A stretch of DNA of 64,000 nt from the NCBI GenBank assembly GCA_040285825.1, contig JAUPSS010000002.1:1922001-1986000 (forward strand), written 5' to 3'. The position numbers and the translations under genes are program-made. The notes beneath the pieces were generated by a model that was not told the origin of the DNA, made no database searches, and saw nothing but the letters and a program-made list of their open reading frames with translations. This document shows, piece by piece, positions 25,078 to 38,680 of this stretch. The stretch comes from Eukaryota sp. TZLM1-RC. Lineage: Eukaryota; Protista; Metamonada: BaSk clade. How positions within the stretch are numbered: the stretch's first letter is position 1; each line of letters starts with the position of its first letter.

Positions 25078-26372
25078 GTAGTGCTTTTTTAAAATAACCA
25101 ATGTATTATTTGAATCCTGATGTCGAATTAGCTAAGCACCAAATCAAAGTATATCAACGTTAACTTCGATGGCTTAGATGAAAATTTCTTTAATGTTCAT
25201 ATTACCTGGATTAGATTGGACCTTCATTTTAGTGGATGTAATGTCTGTTGATCCTTGTAATGCCTCAAATGAAAGACTAGCCAAATCTGATATTCACAAT
25301 CCATTTTCAAATACTGACAAATTGAAAATCAATCAGTATAGTGAGCCATTATCCAAATTGTCCACCCAACTTCATGCAAACATTTTTCTGTTAATCTTTT
25401 TGTTATTCTTCAATGAAACATATTTGTAAAATTTTATATAAATTCAAAAAATATATTGTTGTTGAATTTTATAAAAAGTCGACTTCTGTCAGTACGTATG
25501 TTTTGCTTCTCATTCATTATTCTATATTGATTTCTTTCTTTTGTTTCCATAGTTGTAACTTGTTGTATAGACCTGTTGTTGTCAAGAGGTTTTAGACATA
25601 CTTGAGTTCATTGATTATAGAAGGTGATTCGAAATTTAGAACTTTTGCGTGATGGTGGAAATGAACCAATATCAAAGCAAAAATTGTGAATCCACCATCA
25701 TTAAAAATATCGTCAAAGAAAAGTCGTAGTGCTTTTTTAAAATAACCAATGTATTATTTGAATCCTGATGTCGAATTAGCTAAGCACCAAATCAAAGTAT
25801 ATCAACGTTAACTTCGATGGCTTAGATGAAAATTTCTTTAATGTTCATATTACCTGGATTAGATTGGACCTTCATTTTAGTGGATGTAATGTCTGTTGAT
25901 CCTTGTAATGCCTCAAATGAAAGACTAGCCAAATCTGATATTCACAATCCATTTTCAAATACTGACAAATTGAAAATCAATCAGTATAGTGAGCCATTAT
26001 CCAAATTGTCCACCCAACTTCATGCAAACATTTTTCTGTTAATCTTTTTGTTATTCTTCAATGAAACATATTTGTAAATTTTATATAAATTCAAAAAAAT
26101 ATATTGTTGTTGAATTTTATAAAAAGTCGACTTCTGTCAGTACGTATGTTTTGCTTCTCATTCATTATTCTATATTGATTTCTTTCTTTTGTTTCCATAG
26201 TTGTAACATGTTGTATAGACCTGTTGTTGTCTAGAGGTTTTAGACATACTTGAGTTCATTGATTATAGAAGGTGATTCGAAATTTAGAACTTTTGCGTGA
26301 TGGTGGAAATGAACCAATATCAAAGCAAAAATTGTGAATCCACCATCATTAAAAATATCGTCAAAGAAAAAA
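25078..26372 (+). repeat. 648-bp near-perfect tandem duplication containing a family B RLE fragment
   Basis: Identical 83-aa ORFs at 25178 and 25826; only ~4 differences seen between the units. Confidence 0.92.
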
Positions 26373-26411
26373 TGAAAAATCTAAACAGAAAACAGTATTT
26401 ATTCAAGAACA

Positions 26412-27501
26412 TCAATGCCTACCCTTTAAATACATCACAAAAGCCAAAATTGCAAAAAACACTGCTAATTTGACAGCCAATGAACTTGAAGAAGCCTGCC
26501 TTGCTCTATTTTCAGCTATTAATTCTAACCTTTTGTTCTTTTCTTCTAATTCTCTATTTAAATCCCCAATTTCACTGGTTCTTGCTGCCAAAGAAGTGTC
26601 AATTTCAGACTTTTTGGCAACCAACTCATCAAATTGGGTTTCTAATCGAGAAATTCTGTCCTCGAGATCTTTAACTTCTTCTTTCTTGCTTTCTAATAAT
26701 ATTGATTGCTCATTTTTGCTCTTTTGTAGTTGGTCATTGTAATCAGTGAGATCCGCGACCTTTTTGCTGAATTCATCCCGCACATGTTCAACTTCTATAA
26801 TCTTAGCCCGTAAATCATCAATTTCGAGCTGCAGACGTGACCTTTCATCTTCTCCATCACCAACGATTGATTGACTTCCTTCGTCGACTGCTTCTTCTAT
26901 TTGACTTCTAGCGCTATGAGCAACCTGTTCATCATTATCACTGGTACTTTGCTCTGTTTGAAGAGGGGAAGGGCGTGGGGGTTTCGTGTAAGGGGGGATG
27001 GTGTGGAAAGAAGGAGAGGAAGCAGGTTCGTGGGAGCATTTGAGTTTTTGGTAAACCACCTGTGCCTTCTTCTCTGCGTCCTCTTCAATTGCTTTCCATG
27101 CTTGGTGGAAGTCTCCTTTTGACAGGGTAGAGAATGAGTCAATATTGGGGATTGGGTAGGATTGTATCAAGAATTTGTCTTTGTTCGGCTCAGTCTTGTC
27201 AGGTTGAAGTTCCACTGAAGTAAGAAAAGGGTGTGGTAGAATACATACCATTGATAGTGGTGGACTCTCCTTTAGGGATGAGTCCCATTGCAGGACGTAC
27301 AAAGTAACCGTCCCGGGAAGTGGTTTTGAATTTGAACAGGACAAAAGAGTCTGAGACATTGGCAACATGAAGGTCTACGGTAGGTAATGGTGCCTGTTGA
27401 GGGTCCTTAGAAAGTTCTGTTGGTTCAGTAGAGCGAAAGGTAAGGCATGCAGATGGAGTAAGCCTCAGAAGCTTGTTTTTAGAATCTTGATTTGATGTCA
27501 T
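26412..27501 (-). CDS. VAP/Scs2-like protein (MSP domain, coiled coil, C-terminal TM); 34-nt intron at 27215-27248
   Basis: FKFKTT..YFVRPAMGLI..DKFLIQS are MSP motifs joined by a GTATGT..CTTACTTCAG intron; tail anchor at the C-terminus. Confidence 0.88.
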
Positions 27502-27871
27502 TCTTATAGATGTTGTCTATAACAATGAAATAAAACCAATGTAGAACAATGTGAGGAACTGAGTTTTTTACAAGATTTTCTCAATGCCGTCTTTTTGTAA
27601 CCTTTACCAACCAATTCACTTGTACTTCCATCACTGTCAACATATTCAGTGAAGCGTTTCGATCTTGAGGTCATAATGTGAAGTAATCGAGTTGAAAAGG
27701 CACAACAACAACCACGTCTACCTAGGTGTACCGTAAATCTGTTCATCACAAATTTTATTAGTGTTTCGTTCACTAGTGACTGCAGGTTTACATTCGCAAA
27801 CTTCGCAAATCACTACTAACATTTATGAATTAAACTTAGCAATCTACTGACCTGTTTCTCAGTTACATATA

Positions 27872-28129
27872 ATGCCTATATTGAAAAGTGATTTAATATT
27901 TGAAAGTCCAATTGCAATGCTCTCCTCAGACTCTGAGCATGAAGCAATTACTCCATCAGCTATTACAAACTCACCATCATCTGTGATTGTTGAACCAGGA
28001 ACACCCTTCTGGGGTTCTGATCAAAATGTAATTGATTCGCCTCAATTCTTTACTGTACATTTTCATACAGGGGGAGATTGGGAGGATGAACACGAGGCAT
28101 TGGATCCTGATGTTTTCTTTGGTACTTAA
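27872..28129 (+). CDS. Small acidic hypothetical protein
   Basis: 85-aa ATG-initiated ORF between genes; no recognised domain. Confidence 0.35.
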   Translation: MPILKSDLIFESPIAMLSSDSEHEAITPSAITNSPSSVIVEPGTPFWGSDQNVIDSPQFFTVHFHTGGDWEDEHEALDPDVFFGT

Positions 28130-28419
28130 TAATTTATCAATGAGATTTTTCAGTTTGAACATCATGAGTTTTAGTGTTCAAAAAGTGGTATAATGCTAAA
28201 GAGTTCTTTAATAAAATGTTGTATTCAAATCTTAAATCTACTGAACCTTCTAAAGATATATTAACATATTAATACAAAGATAATAAAACCAACAACCAGC
28301 AGTCTTATTACACAGCAAATTTTCATTGAGATAACATCTTTCTGGAAACAATTCTATCAATTCCAAAAAGAAAATGAAAAAAACGAGGAAAATCCCGAAA
28401 CACAACTTCTGGTAAAGAA

Positions 28420-28926
28420 ATGAGCCTCGAAGCAGATGTAGCACAACGTTTGGTGGCTTCTATTCACCATATTGGTCCTGAACGGTGGACAACACCGTTG
28501 TGTTCACCAGGAGTTATTAATCTGACTGAAACCTTATCTGCCATATCAACAGAACTGAACGAGATGGATTTGAACCATCAGGAGGTTATCACAAAGATTG
28601 AGTGTCTTCATACTCTAGCAAACCACTCATATACTGATCTCAAATACAATGCAGAACATGTTTTACAACAGAAGGATCAACTTGAAGATGATATACGACA
28701 GCTTTCGTCACTAGACAATTCAGTCAAAACCACTGACACTTCATGCATACAACACCTTCTGGATAGGGAAGATGACATTGATTTTCTGAACAGAAAAGCA
28801 GACAACTTACATCAGAGACTGGTGAAGAGTTCTAATGAACTTGATGCTGTGATATCAGCACAAGTACGTCTTGTTAGAGCTTTAAATGGTCATTTTACTT
28901 CAGTTACAAGTGATAAGGATACATGA
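28420..28926 (+). CDS. Coiled-coil hypothetical protein
   Basis: 168-aa ORF with gene-like composition and a heptad pattern. Confidence 0.6.
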   Translation: MSLEADVAQRLVASIHHIGPERWTTPLCSPGVINLTETLSAISTELNEMDLNHQEVITKIECLHTLANHSYTDLKYNAEHVLQQKDQLEDDIRQLSSLDNSVKTTDTSCIQHLLDREDDIDFLNRKADNLHQRLVKSSNELDAVISAQVRLVRALNGHFTSVTSDKDT

Positions 28927-29116
28927 TTGTTCCCTGCAGTATCAAGTCCTTAACTAATTCCCAAAACCAAAGCTGACAAGGTTGTTTTTTGTTACAATTC
29001 AGTTGTGTTGGGATGTAAAGTCATTACTTTATTGGCTTTATTATTCAACAGTTTTTTGAAGTAACTTGTGAATAAACATTTTATTAAATTCTGTTAAATA
29101 CTAATACAATTATTAA

Positions 29117-31562
29117 TTACAATGAACCAAGTTTGTTTCTTAATTCTTGGTTTTCTATTTGCAGCTGCTTTCTTTGTTCCTGTACCACTAAAAGCAAACC
29201 CCTGGTCTGTTCCAACTGGGTCTGGTATCTCTTTATGCTGTCATTTAAAGCACTAGTTCGTTCTCGCAAACTTTCTCCTGCTTCTTCCCCAGTTCTTTCC
29301 ATCTCAGCGATTCTATTCTCTAATTGTTTGTTCGCATTGGTTAAGGTTTCAACCTGCTCCTCAGCTTCCTGAAGGTTATTGACCAGTCGTTGTCGATCAA
29401 AAGAAGAAACTTCTGAGGTGCTTTCAAAATCATTAATGTAGTTCTTGAGTGAATGAATTTCTTTTTCCAAGTTTGAAATAACTTCTCGAGATTTCGCTTG
29501 ACCTTCAGAGAAATCTGATTGAAGCGATTCTAAAGATTCTTGAAGTTCTCTCTTTTGATGATTATTTTGATCCAGAGAATCCCTGAGAGATTGATTCTCA
29601 GATTCCAATTCCTGTATTTGATGATTAAAGGAATCAACACTAGATTCCAACTCAGCTACAGACTGTTCTTTCAATAACGAATTATCACGCTCTAAAGAAG
29701 AAATTTTCGAATTAAGTGTCGAAACTTCGGCCTTAAAAGAACTTAAAGAATCGTCCAATTTGGAAATTTTGGATTTTGCATGAGAGAGCTCTTCTGACAA
29801 CTGGTCAACCTGAGTCAAAGCATCATCACGTTCGTTTTTGACCCTATCAATAATACTATTGAGCTCTTCCTTCAAATCGAGATATTTCTGGTCAAAAGCA
29901 ACCTGTTGTTTTTCATTTTCGGCAACAAATCCTTGAATTTGAGCATACAACGCTTTCCCTGCATTCAAAACATCAAATAATTCAGCCTCGGTCCTCGAAA
30001 TTCCACTGACTGTTGAAGAAATTTGTTTAAGACGTGATGTAAGTGACGACACTTGACCATGCAAGACTTTGATCTCTTTATCACGTGATTCAACAGCACT
30101 TTGACCTTCACTTTTGAGCTGAGCTTCTTTTTGTTTAAATTGTTTCTTCAAATCTAATATTTCCTCATCTTTATCCTTGAGCTCTGACATCCTCAAATTT
30201 TCAAGCTCCTCAATCTTTTTGATCTGTTGTGCTTTTTCCTTCTGAACATTCCTTAACAAATCATGAATTCGAGTATTTTCTGCTTGTAAGGATGAGTACT
30301 GCTTTGACACTTGGTTAATTTTTTCTCCCATCTTTTGTTCAATTGACTTGGCTTGGTTACCAGCATCTTCAATTAAATTTGCCCTCAATTCGCTAATTGA
30401 AGACTGTAACTGTTCCTTTTCTTTTAACAACTGATCAATTCTATTCTCAGAGTTGAGTATTTCAGATTGCAATTGCTGCTTTTCTTTGGCCAAAACTTCA
30501 TTAGACTCGTGTACGTCATTTCTGGCATCTTCCAGCCGTTTTCTTGTCTGGTCTAGCTCCTGAACTCGAATATTGATCTGTTGACGTTCTTCTTCTGATT
30601 GTTGACGAGCAGCAGCCACTTCTTCAGACATTGTTATGATTTGGCCTGTCAATCTTTCAACATCAGACCTCAACTGCCAATTCTGATCTTCCAAAATGTT
30701 TAATTGACCTATTAGTTCCTCCTTCTCAGTCAATAATTCTTTATTTGCTTGTTCCAAACTACTTGTTCTTTTGTTGGTAATGCTACTGTTATTGGAAGCT
30801 TCTTTTAATTGGCCCTTCAACTCCTCAATCATTGATGTCATCGACTTGACCTTCCTTGACTCTTGATTGAGATTTGATTGAAGCTCAGAAACTTTGATTG
30901 TCAACAAATCCCTTTCTGAAACAACCTTTGACAGTCTAGCTTCATTCTCCTGCTTTGCACTGTCCTTCTTCCTAGTCAACTCAGCTACTTCCTCCACAAG
31001 AACCGAGTGCTGTTCACGGAGCCGAGTTAGTTCAGAGTCCTTCCTCCGCAGTTTTTCTTCGTTGGCCTTGTTGAGTTCAGTGAGGTCTTTCGTGCGTTTA
31101 CGAAGATCACTTAGTTCACGACTGGTACTTGCATTCAAAGAACCTTCCCGTTCCTTCTCTTGGGACAAGGTACGGAGCTGGTTGCGGAGATTGCGGACTT
31201 CCTGGCGATAAGTAGAGGCTTCTGTTTGAAGTTCGGAAAGTGTCTGAGATTCACGGAGGTTTTTACGGCGCTGAGAGAGGGATTCTTCCTCGTATTGTTT
31301 TAGTTGTTCCAGCAGCTACAGTTAGATAGAAGATGATACGTACAGTGTTGTTGTAGGAAATTTGTTCATTTAGTTGTTGGTTAAGCTGCTCTATGTCAGA
31401 TGAAGCTGCCCTTGAGCGAGAATAAGAGAGCGAAGATGTAGATCGAAAAGAGGGACTATTGGAAACAGTTTTACGTATGGATGAGGGTGTAGCATGAGGA
31501 GTATGTAGGTTGGAGAATCTATACCCAGGTGTATATGCAATGGAATGTCCAGGGGTGTCCAT
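29117..31562 (-). CDS. Long coiled-coil protein; 28-nt intron at 31316-31343
   Basis: Splicing GTACGT..CTAACTGTAG joins ORF 31562 in frame (YNNT|LLEQLKQYEEE) to the 683-aa coiled-coil ORF. Confidence 0.8.
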
Positions 31563-31869
31563 TGCTGAGACTCTGAGAATATTCGTTCTTTCTCAATTCA
31601 ACCAAATTCATTATCTAAAACGGTTTGTTGAGCTCTTTTTGCATGTCTTATGTTGACAGATTTCCTGAATAGATGGTGAAATTTGAGAGCGGCTTGTTTG
31701 AGGTGTTTGAAACGTGTATTTGTTCCAATTCAAAAATCTCGTGTATGAAAGTGCCTCAACTGAAAGATACGTTGTCACTGAATAATTTTGGTTCTCACGA
31801 CAGAGGCGATATTTAATGCTATAGGATTGATAACTCTGATCTTGTTGATGTGTTGTTACAAATATCACT

Positions 31870-32210
31870 TAGGTTCAAGGTTCAAAGAAGAAACTTCATA
31901 CTATAGCTGTTTTTGAATTGAGAGAAAACATGGAAAATATGACAAACAATTATCAGGAAACTAATTGATCTTTATTCATTTGTAGGTTAAAATGACACTG
32001 AATTTTTGAATAATTTCCAATACAAGTGTCAAAAATATCGATGAAGAGAATGGATATCTTTCTGTTGCGGTCTCGAATTCGATTTCCCATCACTAATAGA
32101 TTTTCATGGTTTTTCAATTGAAATAGAGAGGCAATAGTGAGAATCCATTGAGATCAGAATTGTGTACAGTAATTCTGGGTTCAATCAGTTTCGTCCGAAT
32201 ACGTGTGAGG
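31870..32210 (+). mobile_element. Highly degenerate family A 3' remnant
   Basis: Patchy similarity to the family A tail (GGTTCAAAGAAGAAACTT, TCTCGAATTCGATTT, TTCGTCC). Confidence 0.5.
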
Positions 32211-33049
32211 TTATTATTGGAATTGATGACAAATGCTTACATTTCAAAACAAGCAGATATTTGACTTAAGTCAGGCTTCGGTTGCTTGATGTGTTGGAGG
32301 CTTTTTAAGTGGGAATTTTCTGCAATATATTTAAACAACATTGGGTTATCTTCCAAATTCAAATACAAAATAGCAAGTTTTAGCATCGAGAATAAATTAT
32401 TACATGCCAATTACCAACTTTGAGAGGAGGAAAAATTGAAACCGAAAATCCTCAGTTAAAACACAGATTTCCCTTTGACCATTTTCTGTTTGAAGAAGTA
32501 GTAAAATAGTAACTAATTTATCAAGCAAAAGTGAAAAAGTTTCAGAAAAAGCTGACATAAAAGCTGTCTCATTATCGACATTATCTTTTTCCTGACAATT
32601 TTTTTCAATCGCTTCTTATAGAGTTAACTATTATACAATGCTTTATTTGTCCTTCTGTGGTTTTAATTCAAAAATGTCGAACGAAGTAACTAACAAAAAT
32701 TAATTATTTATCTTCAGTAAAAAAAGTTATTCAGTATTTAGTATTTGGGACGAATAATAAATCATTTTTCTGGCAAAAAAATACAGAAATCTCTTGTCTG
32801 TTTTCACATAAAACTAGCAACTTTTCACTTACAATCAAATCCTCATTCTTATTTCCAAGCATTCTTTTCAGCAATGATATGGACATTGTTATATATGACA
32901 TTCGTTTGTGGAATTCGGTTATTGAATACTCATTCAGTATTTTTACTCATTACTATTTAACTCATGTTTTAATAGCGGAATTAATTCATAACACCAAATT
33001 CCAAAAAAAGAATATGAATTAGTTTTCAAAAACACTATATTCTTTGCTA

Positions 33050-33863
33050 TCAGATACTTCACTGTTTGTAACCATTGTACCACGAAGATTTGGACTGTGT
33101 GCTACTAATGAAGCGTTTGTAACAAAAATGAGACTATATTTGAATATTCCCATTAATCAATTATTATCCATTGAAATATGTATTTGTTCGAATTCACCAC
33201 AGCTTGCGTCATGCTCTGAATTGTTCGAAATTGATAACTTATCGTTCTTCATTACTTGATGCTGCAAGAGACACTGTTTTTAATATGGCACGAACTGCAA
33301 GAATTTCGTGTATCAAAGAGCCTCTGCTGAAGGAAACATTATCATTGAATAATTTTGGTTCTGATGATAGAGATGATGTATACTGTGATTGGATTGAGAA
33401 TTCTGAAACTGTTGTTGACTTTGTCTCCTGTAATGTTGCAAGTGACACTTTGGTTCAAAGAAGAAAACTTAATCCTGTAACTGTTCTTGAATTTGAAGCT
33501 AAAGAATAACATAGAAAATATGACAAAGATATCGAAGAGGCTAATGCTGGTAGAAATACACCACTAGTTTTTATTGCTTTGCCATTTTCGATAAACGGAA
33601 GACTATCAGTAGAAGCAGGAATTTTTTTGAATGATTTCCAAAAATGGTTCAAGAAAAAACAATGAAAAGATTTGATAATTTTTTATGGCGTTCTCGGATT
33701 CAATTTGCCATTTAAAATAGATTACCTCGTTTTTTCAATCGAATTAGAGAAGCTGTAGCTAGACAGCAAGCAGATCAAGATTTTGTAGAAGAAATCTTGG
33801 TTCAATGATTTTCTTCCCATTAGTTATGAGTTAATTTTATTAAGTGTGCAAGATAAATAAAAA
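33050..33863 (+). mobile_element. Family A RLE unit, copy A3
   Basis: Same sequence as A1/A2 with frameshifts; AATAAAAAA tail. Confidence 0.85.
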
Positions 33864-33927
33864 AGTAATTCTTTACTCAGTTCTTTGTTTTGAAAATCCA
33901 AAACAATTCCGGGCTACTACTTCAAGA

Positions 33928-35101
33928 ATGACTTCTTCGTCAACAGCTCCTTCAGTGGCAGCGTCTGCTGTCCTAGTACAATCTGACCAACTTCCGGAAG
34001 ATTCTATCCCCGTCAAGGGATATGATTGGGATCAACCTTTCGATATCAACAAACTATTTGAATCTTACCTCACTTCTGGTTTCCAAGCTACTCAGCTTGG
34101 CAAAGCTATCAATGTGATCAATAATATGGTAAGTATCTTTTATTTACTAATCTTTGATTAAATGTAGGTTTGGTGAAGTTGAACCACCTACTGAAGACGG
34201 TACACCCTTTACCTTTGATCCTTCCAAACCTAAATGTACCATCTTCCTTGGGTATACCTCTAATCTAATCTCTTCTGGACTTCGTGAGACCCTTTGTTTC
34301 TTAGTCAAGCACAGAATGGTTGACGCCGTAGTGGCTACTGCTGGAGGTATTGAAGAAGATGTAATAAAGTGTCTAGGTCCAACTTATCTAGGTGATTTCT
34401 CCCTCAAAGGCAAGAATCTTCGTGAAAAGGGAATCAACAGAATTGGCAATCTCCTAGTCCCCAATGATAATTATTGTTCATTTGAAGACTTTTTTATGCC
34501 TTTACTACATCAATTCTTGGATGAACAAGAAGGTCAAAATACAGTTTGGACACCGTCTAGAATTATAGACCGACTTGGGAAAGCTATTGATGACCCCTCT
34601 TCTGTTTGCTATTGGTGTCATAAGAACAACATTCCTGTGTTTTGCCCAGCTTTGACTGATGGTTCAATGGGTGATATGATCTACTTTTTCACTTATAATC
34701 GACCTGGGTTAGTGATTGATTTGGTGGGTGATATTAGAAAACTCAATGACCTAGCTGCTACAGCTAATCATACTGTACGTTGTTTTTGGTACTTGCTCTG
34801 ATTTTAGGGAATGATTGTCTTGGGAGGGGGTTTGGTCAAGCACCACATTTTTAATGCTAATCTCATGAGGAATGGAGCTGATTATGCGGTTGTCATCAAC
34901 ACTTCTTCTGAGTTTGATGGTAGTGATGCAGGTGCAAGGCCAGATGAAGCTGTTTCTTGGGGTAAGATTAAGTTGAACGGGCAGAGTGCGAAGGTATATG
35001 GAGAGGCTACAATGGTGTTTCCTTTGATTGTCTCGCAAACTTTTCATAAAATTGTCAATGATTCACGGCATCTCAAAGTTAAAAATGAATTAATTCAGTA
35101 G
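33928..35101 (+). CDS. DHPS: Deoxyhypusine synthase; introns at 34129-34156 (apparent GT-TG) and 34775-34807
   Basis: [77 protein letters not shown] (catalytic Lys present). Confidence 0.95.
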
Positions 35102-35396
35102 TTTTATTCATATATTTTTCTTTATTAATTAAATTATTTTTTCTATTGATATACTTGACAATCAATTCTTGTAAAATTGTTGGTGCCGTCGTTGATGAGT
35201 GTTGATTCACTTATTGCGAATTTGTGCAATGTTATTGCAATGTTGCTGCACTAACTATATGGTGATAGATCTAAAAAATGCCTTACGTCTACTCAAAAAG
35301 TATGAGTTGGTCAAGTACATTTTGATAGACATTCGTAGTAGGTACGAATTTTGGATAAAATCTCAATTATTACCCAAAAATATTGGGAATATCACA

Positions 35397-36252
35397 CTTC
35401 ACTAGTGGAGGTGTTCAAAAGGGAATGGGAGAAAAAATTCTTCACAATCCTATGTGGAGGTGATGAACTTAGCAATGATGTTCTACATACTGCTGGTTTG
35501 ATGCTAAAACGCAAACAACCATCCTGTCACCTCATCCGCTTCAGCGGGAATTTTTTGTTAGTTAAACAACTGTTTATCAGCTCTGAACTCATGCTCTCAG
35601 GTGGACCCTTCATATATAGGACCCATACTGTGTTTCGGTTAACGTAACGCAACTGGAGGTTTGTGGAGAAGTTTACATTAATGCAGTTTTGTACCGAATT
35701 GACTCTTGGGTGTTCCGCCCAGCATTGTTCTGCTTTGTTGTGCTTTCGAACAGCGGTATTGTTGTTTTGTCAGGCATTATTGCTCTTGTCACACTCATGG
35801 TCTATAAGTTACAAAACATTGACACTATTCATGTAACAACTCATTGAAATTTAACCCATGTCCACAGTGTATATCATATCTCCAACAAGTCGTTAGATAT
35901 TGCTTACATTGCTTAAATTCTTTCTTCAGTTCTAATTATTTTGCATAAACATTATAACAACTATAAAACTCCAAAAGTAAGCATATGACACCACAATGGC
36001 AACCATCAACATTGCAAATATTCGAGAGTGTCTTGGATCAGCCTTTGTAACACTTGCTGATGGAAGAAAGTTTTTGGAATAACAAGCATGATAAATACCG
36101 TAATGTACAAATTGTGGGTCTTCTGGGTTTTCCATTTTGGCGATTTTGTAAAAGAATTTGTTTGGATGGACCCAAATTTACAAAGTGAAAAGCTGAGATG
36201 GAGCCACGCTGGCAGTTTCTCCATTACAATTTCGTATACAAATGATTTCTTT
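35397..36252 (-). repeat. Unclassified ~860-bp dispersed repeat, copy 2 (inverted relative to copy 1)
   Basis: Reverse complement of 18800-19662 with scattered substitutions. Confidence 0.85.
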
Positions 36253-36284
36253 TTTACTTGATTGTCATTTCTCTGTTCTGCTGC

Positions 36285-38150
36285 TCTACTTGGTAGAGGG
36301 AAAACTTTGGTGTCGATTTTCGCAACCGCTGTCCAAATGATGTTGCTTTCTTGATTTCTACAAGTAATAAATATTTAAGAGACCTCGAAAATGCTCTTGA
36401 TTGTTTACCCCTTGACGTTTGAAGTAAATGTTTTCCCGAAAATGTACAGGAAATACCACTTAGAACGCTAGGAAATTTGAGGTATTGTGTTAAAAAATTG
36501 CAACAAATCAAAAACCTTCGATGCTTCATTTGGCAGAATAACGTGCCTCATAATTTGATTTGCAAATGTAGTTCAAAAATTTCTATTTATTGAACATGCA
36601 CACTTAATTAAATTAATTCATAACTGATGGGACGACTATCATTGAACTCAGATTTCCTCTACAAAATGTTGATCTGCTTGCTGTCTAGCTAAAGCTCCTC
36701 TTATTCGATTGAAAAACCGAGGTAATCTATCAATAATGGCAAATTGAATCCGAAAACGCCATGAAACAATATCAAATCTTTTCATTGTTTTTTCTTGAAC
36801 CATTTTTTGGAAGTCATTCAAAAAAGTTTCTGCTTCAACTGATAATCTTCCGTTTATCGAAAATGGGAAAGCAAAAAAAAACTACCTGTGTATTTCTATC
36901 AGCATTAGCTTCTTCAATATCTTTATCATATTTTTTATGTTTTTCTTTTGCTTTAAAATCAAAAGCACTGACAGGATTAAGTTTTCTTCTGTGAACCAAA
37001 GTATCATTTGCAACATTACATGAGACAAAGTCAACAATAGCTTCAGAATTATCAATCCAATCACAGTATACATCACCTCTATCATCAGAACCAAAATTAT
37101 TCAGAGAAAGTGTTTCCTTCAGCAGGGGCTCTTTGATACACGATATCCTTGCAGTTTGTGCCATATTGAAAACAGTGTCTCTAACAGCATCATGTAATGA
37201 AGAACGATAAGTTATCAATTTAGAGCAATTCAGAACATCGCGCAAAGTGAGTTGGGGTGAATTCGAACAAATACATTGTTCTTTTGATAATAATTGATTA
37301 ATGGGGATATTCAAATATAATCTCATTTTTGTTACAAATGCCTCATTAGTGGCACACAATCCAAATCTTCGTGGTACAATGGTTACAAAAAGTGAAGAAT
37401 CTAATGACTTGTTTTCACAAACACCCTTTTCTAAAAACAATGAGTGAAGATCTTGATTTGAAACAGTCGAACCTAAATTTAAAATTTCTCCAAATCTTTT
37501 TCATACGTCAACACTTTGTAACTTTCCGATCAAAAGTCCATGATGCAATGAGGGATCAACTCTGTTGTATGTCAAGATCACACAGAATTGTCTCCTATTT
37601 AGAACCTTTACTTTCTCGTTTGGTTGATGAAGATATTTTGAATTCTTTTTGTCGAACTAGAGGTGATTTAATGCTTGAAGGTCTTGAAGGGACGACCATC
37701 ATTAATGATGTTACATCAACTTATGTGTGTAAGAATACTTTCATACCATTAGCACAGTCAAAACACAAGAATCCGCTGTTTGTTGCCGAAAATTCTAAAA
37801 TTGCTAAATATAAAGCAAACTTGCGATCTTTGAATGCTGAATCTCACACTCATATCTCCTTTGTCCATTTGCTTTTTCCTGACATGGTACGCTTGGACCA
37901 CTTGCTTTATCTTTTTTGGATGATTTTGTTGAAATTGTAAACAACGTACAGGAAGAATTTTTGACAAAACAATTCGGCAGAAAATGTTATTTTCAATTTT
38001 TAAATGTCGTTCCCTTATTGTCTTCTGCTTCATTATCTCTTGGTCGCTTTTATGAAGGAAAAAATTCTGCCAATCCCTTTTGGCTGATTTGATATATGAA
38101 GATTGAGAAGTTTAATTTGTGTTGTTTAGTTTCTCAGTAAATTAAATTTT
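36285..38150 (+). mobile_element. Family B (subfamily B2) fragment with nested, inverted family A copy A4 (36585-37480, minus strand)
   Basis: The B peptide ..PHNLICKCSSKIS is interrupted and resumes as FVTFRSKVHDAMRDQL; AAAATTTCT is duplicated at 36576-36584 and 37481-37489. Confidence 0.8.
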
Positions 38151-38319
38151 TCAAAAAAAAGTTTTGAATTACTGCTTGGTATGATGGAAATGAACTAATT
38201 ATCGATTGCACCACTCTGGATAAGAAGTTCCAATTCCGACATTTGACATTGACTCAAAGTTGCAGAATATTTTTGTTCAAATTGTCCACCCAACATCATG
38301 GTCAAGGTTTCCTTTTGAT

Positions 38320-38680
38320 GTTCTCCAGAAAATCGAAATACCAAGCTCTTCTTCAATGTCTCAATAGAGCAAGAGGCAGAAACATCAAATTTGTCCCAAT
38401 TGCTATTTCATTATATGGTACTATTGGAAAAGAAGGTCTAAACCTTCTAGATAATTTAGGAAAACTTTTCAAAGAAAGTGGTCGTACATATGATTTTCTG
38501 ATTTGGAAGAACAGAATCGTATTTTGGTTATTGAAAGATCTTCCTATATTAACTCAATTTTGAATGACATTGCCGAGTTTTCTAACAAGCGAGCTCCTAT
38601 TCAAGTGAATAGCGAAAATTTCCTGTCATTCAATTGAAGTGGGTTTCAGAAGGCTAGAGTATTAGTTAATGTTTTGTTTT
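38320..38680 (+). mobile_element. 3' fragment of a third RLE non-LTR family
   Basis: KSKY..FVPIAISLYGTIGKEG..WKNRI follows the RLE C-terminal pattern but is distinct from families A and B. Confidence 0.55.

Noticed and set aside
27504-27773. 89-aa minus-strand ORF upstream of VAP
   Set aside because: GTG start and no recognisable domain; cannot be supported as a gene.
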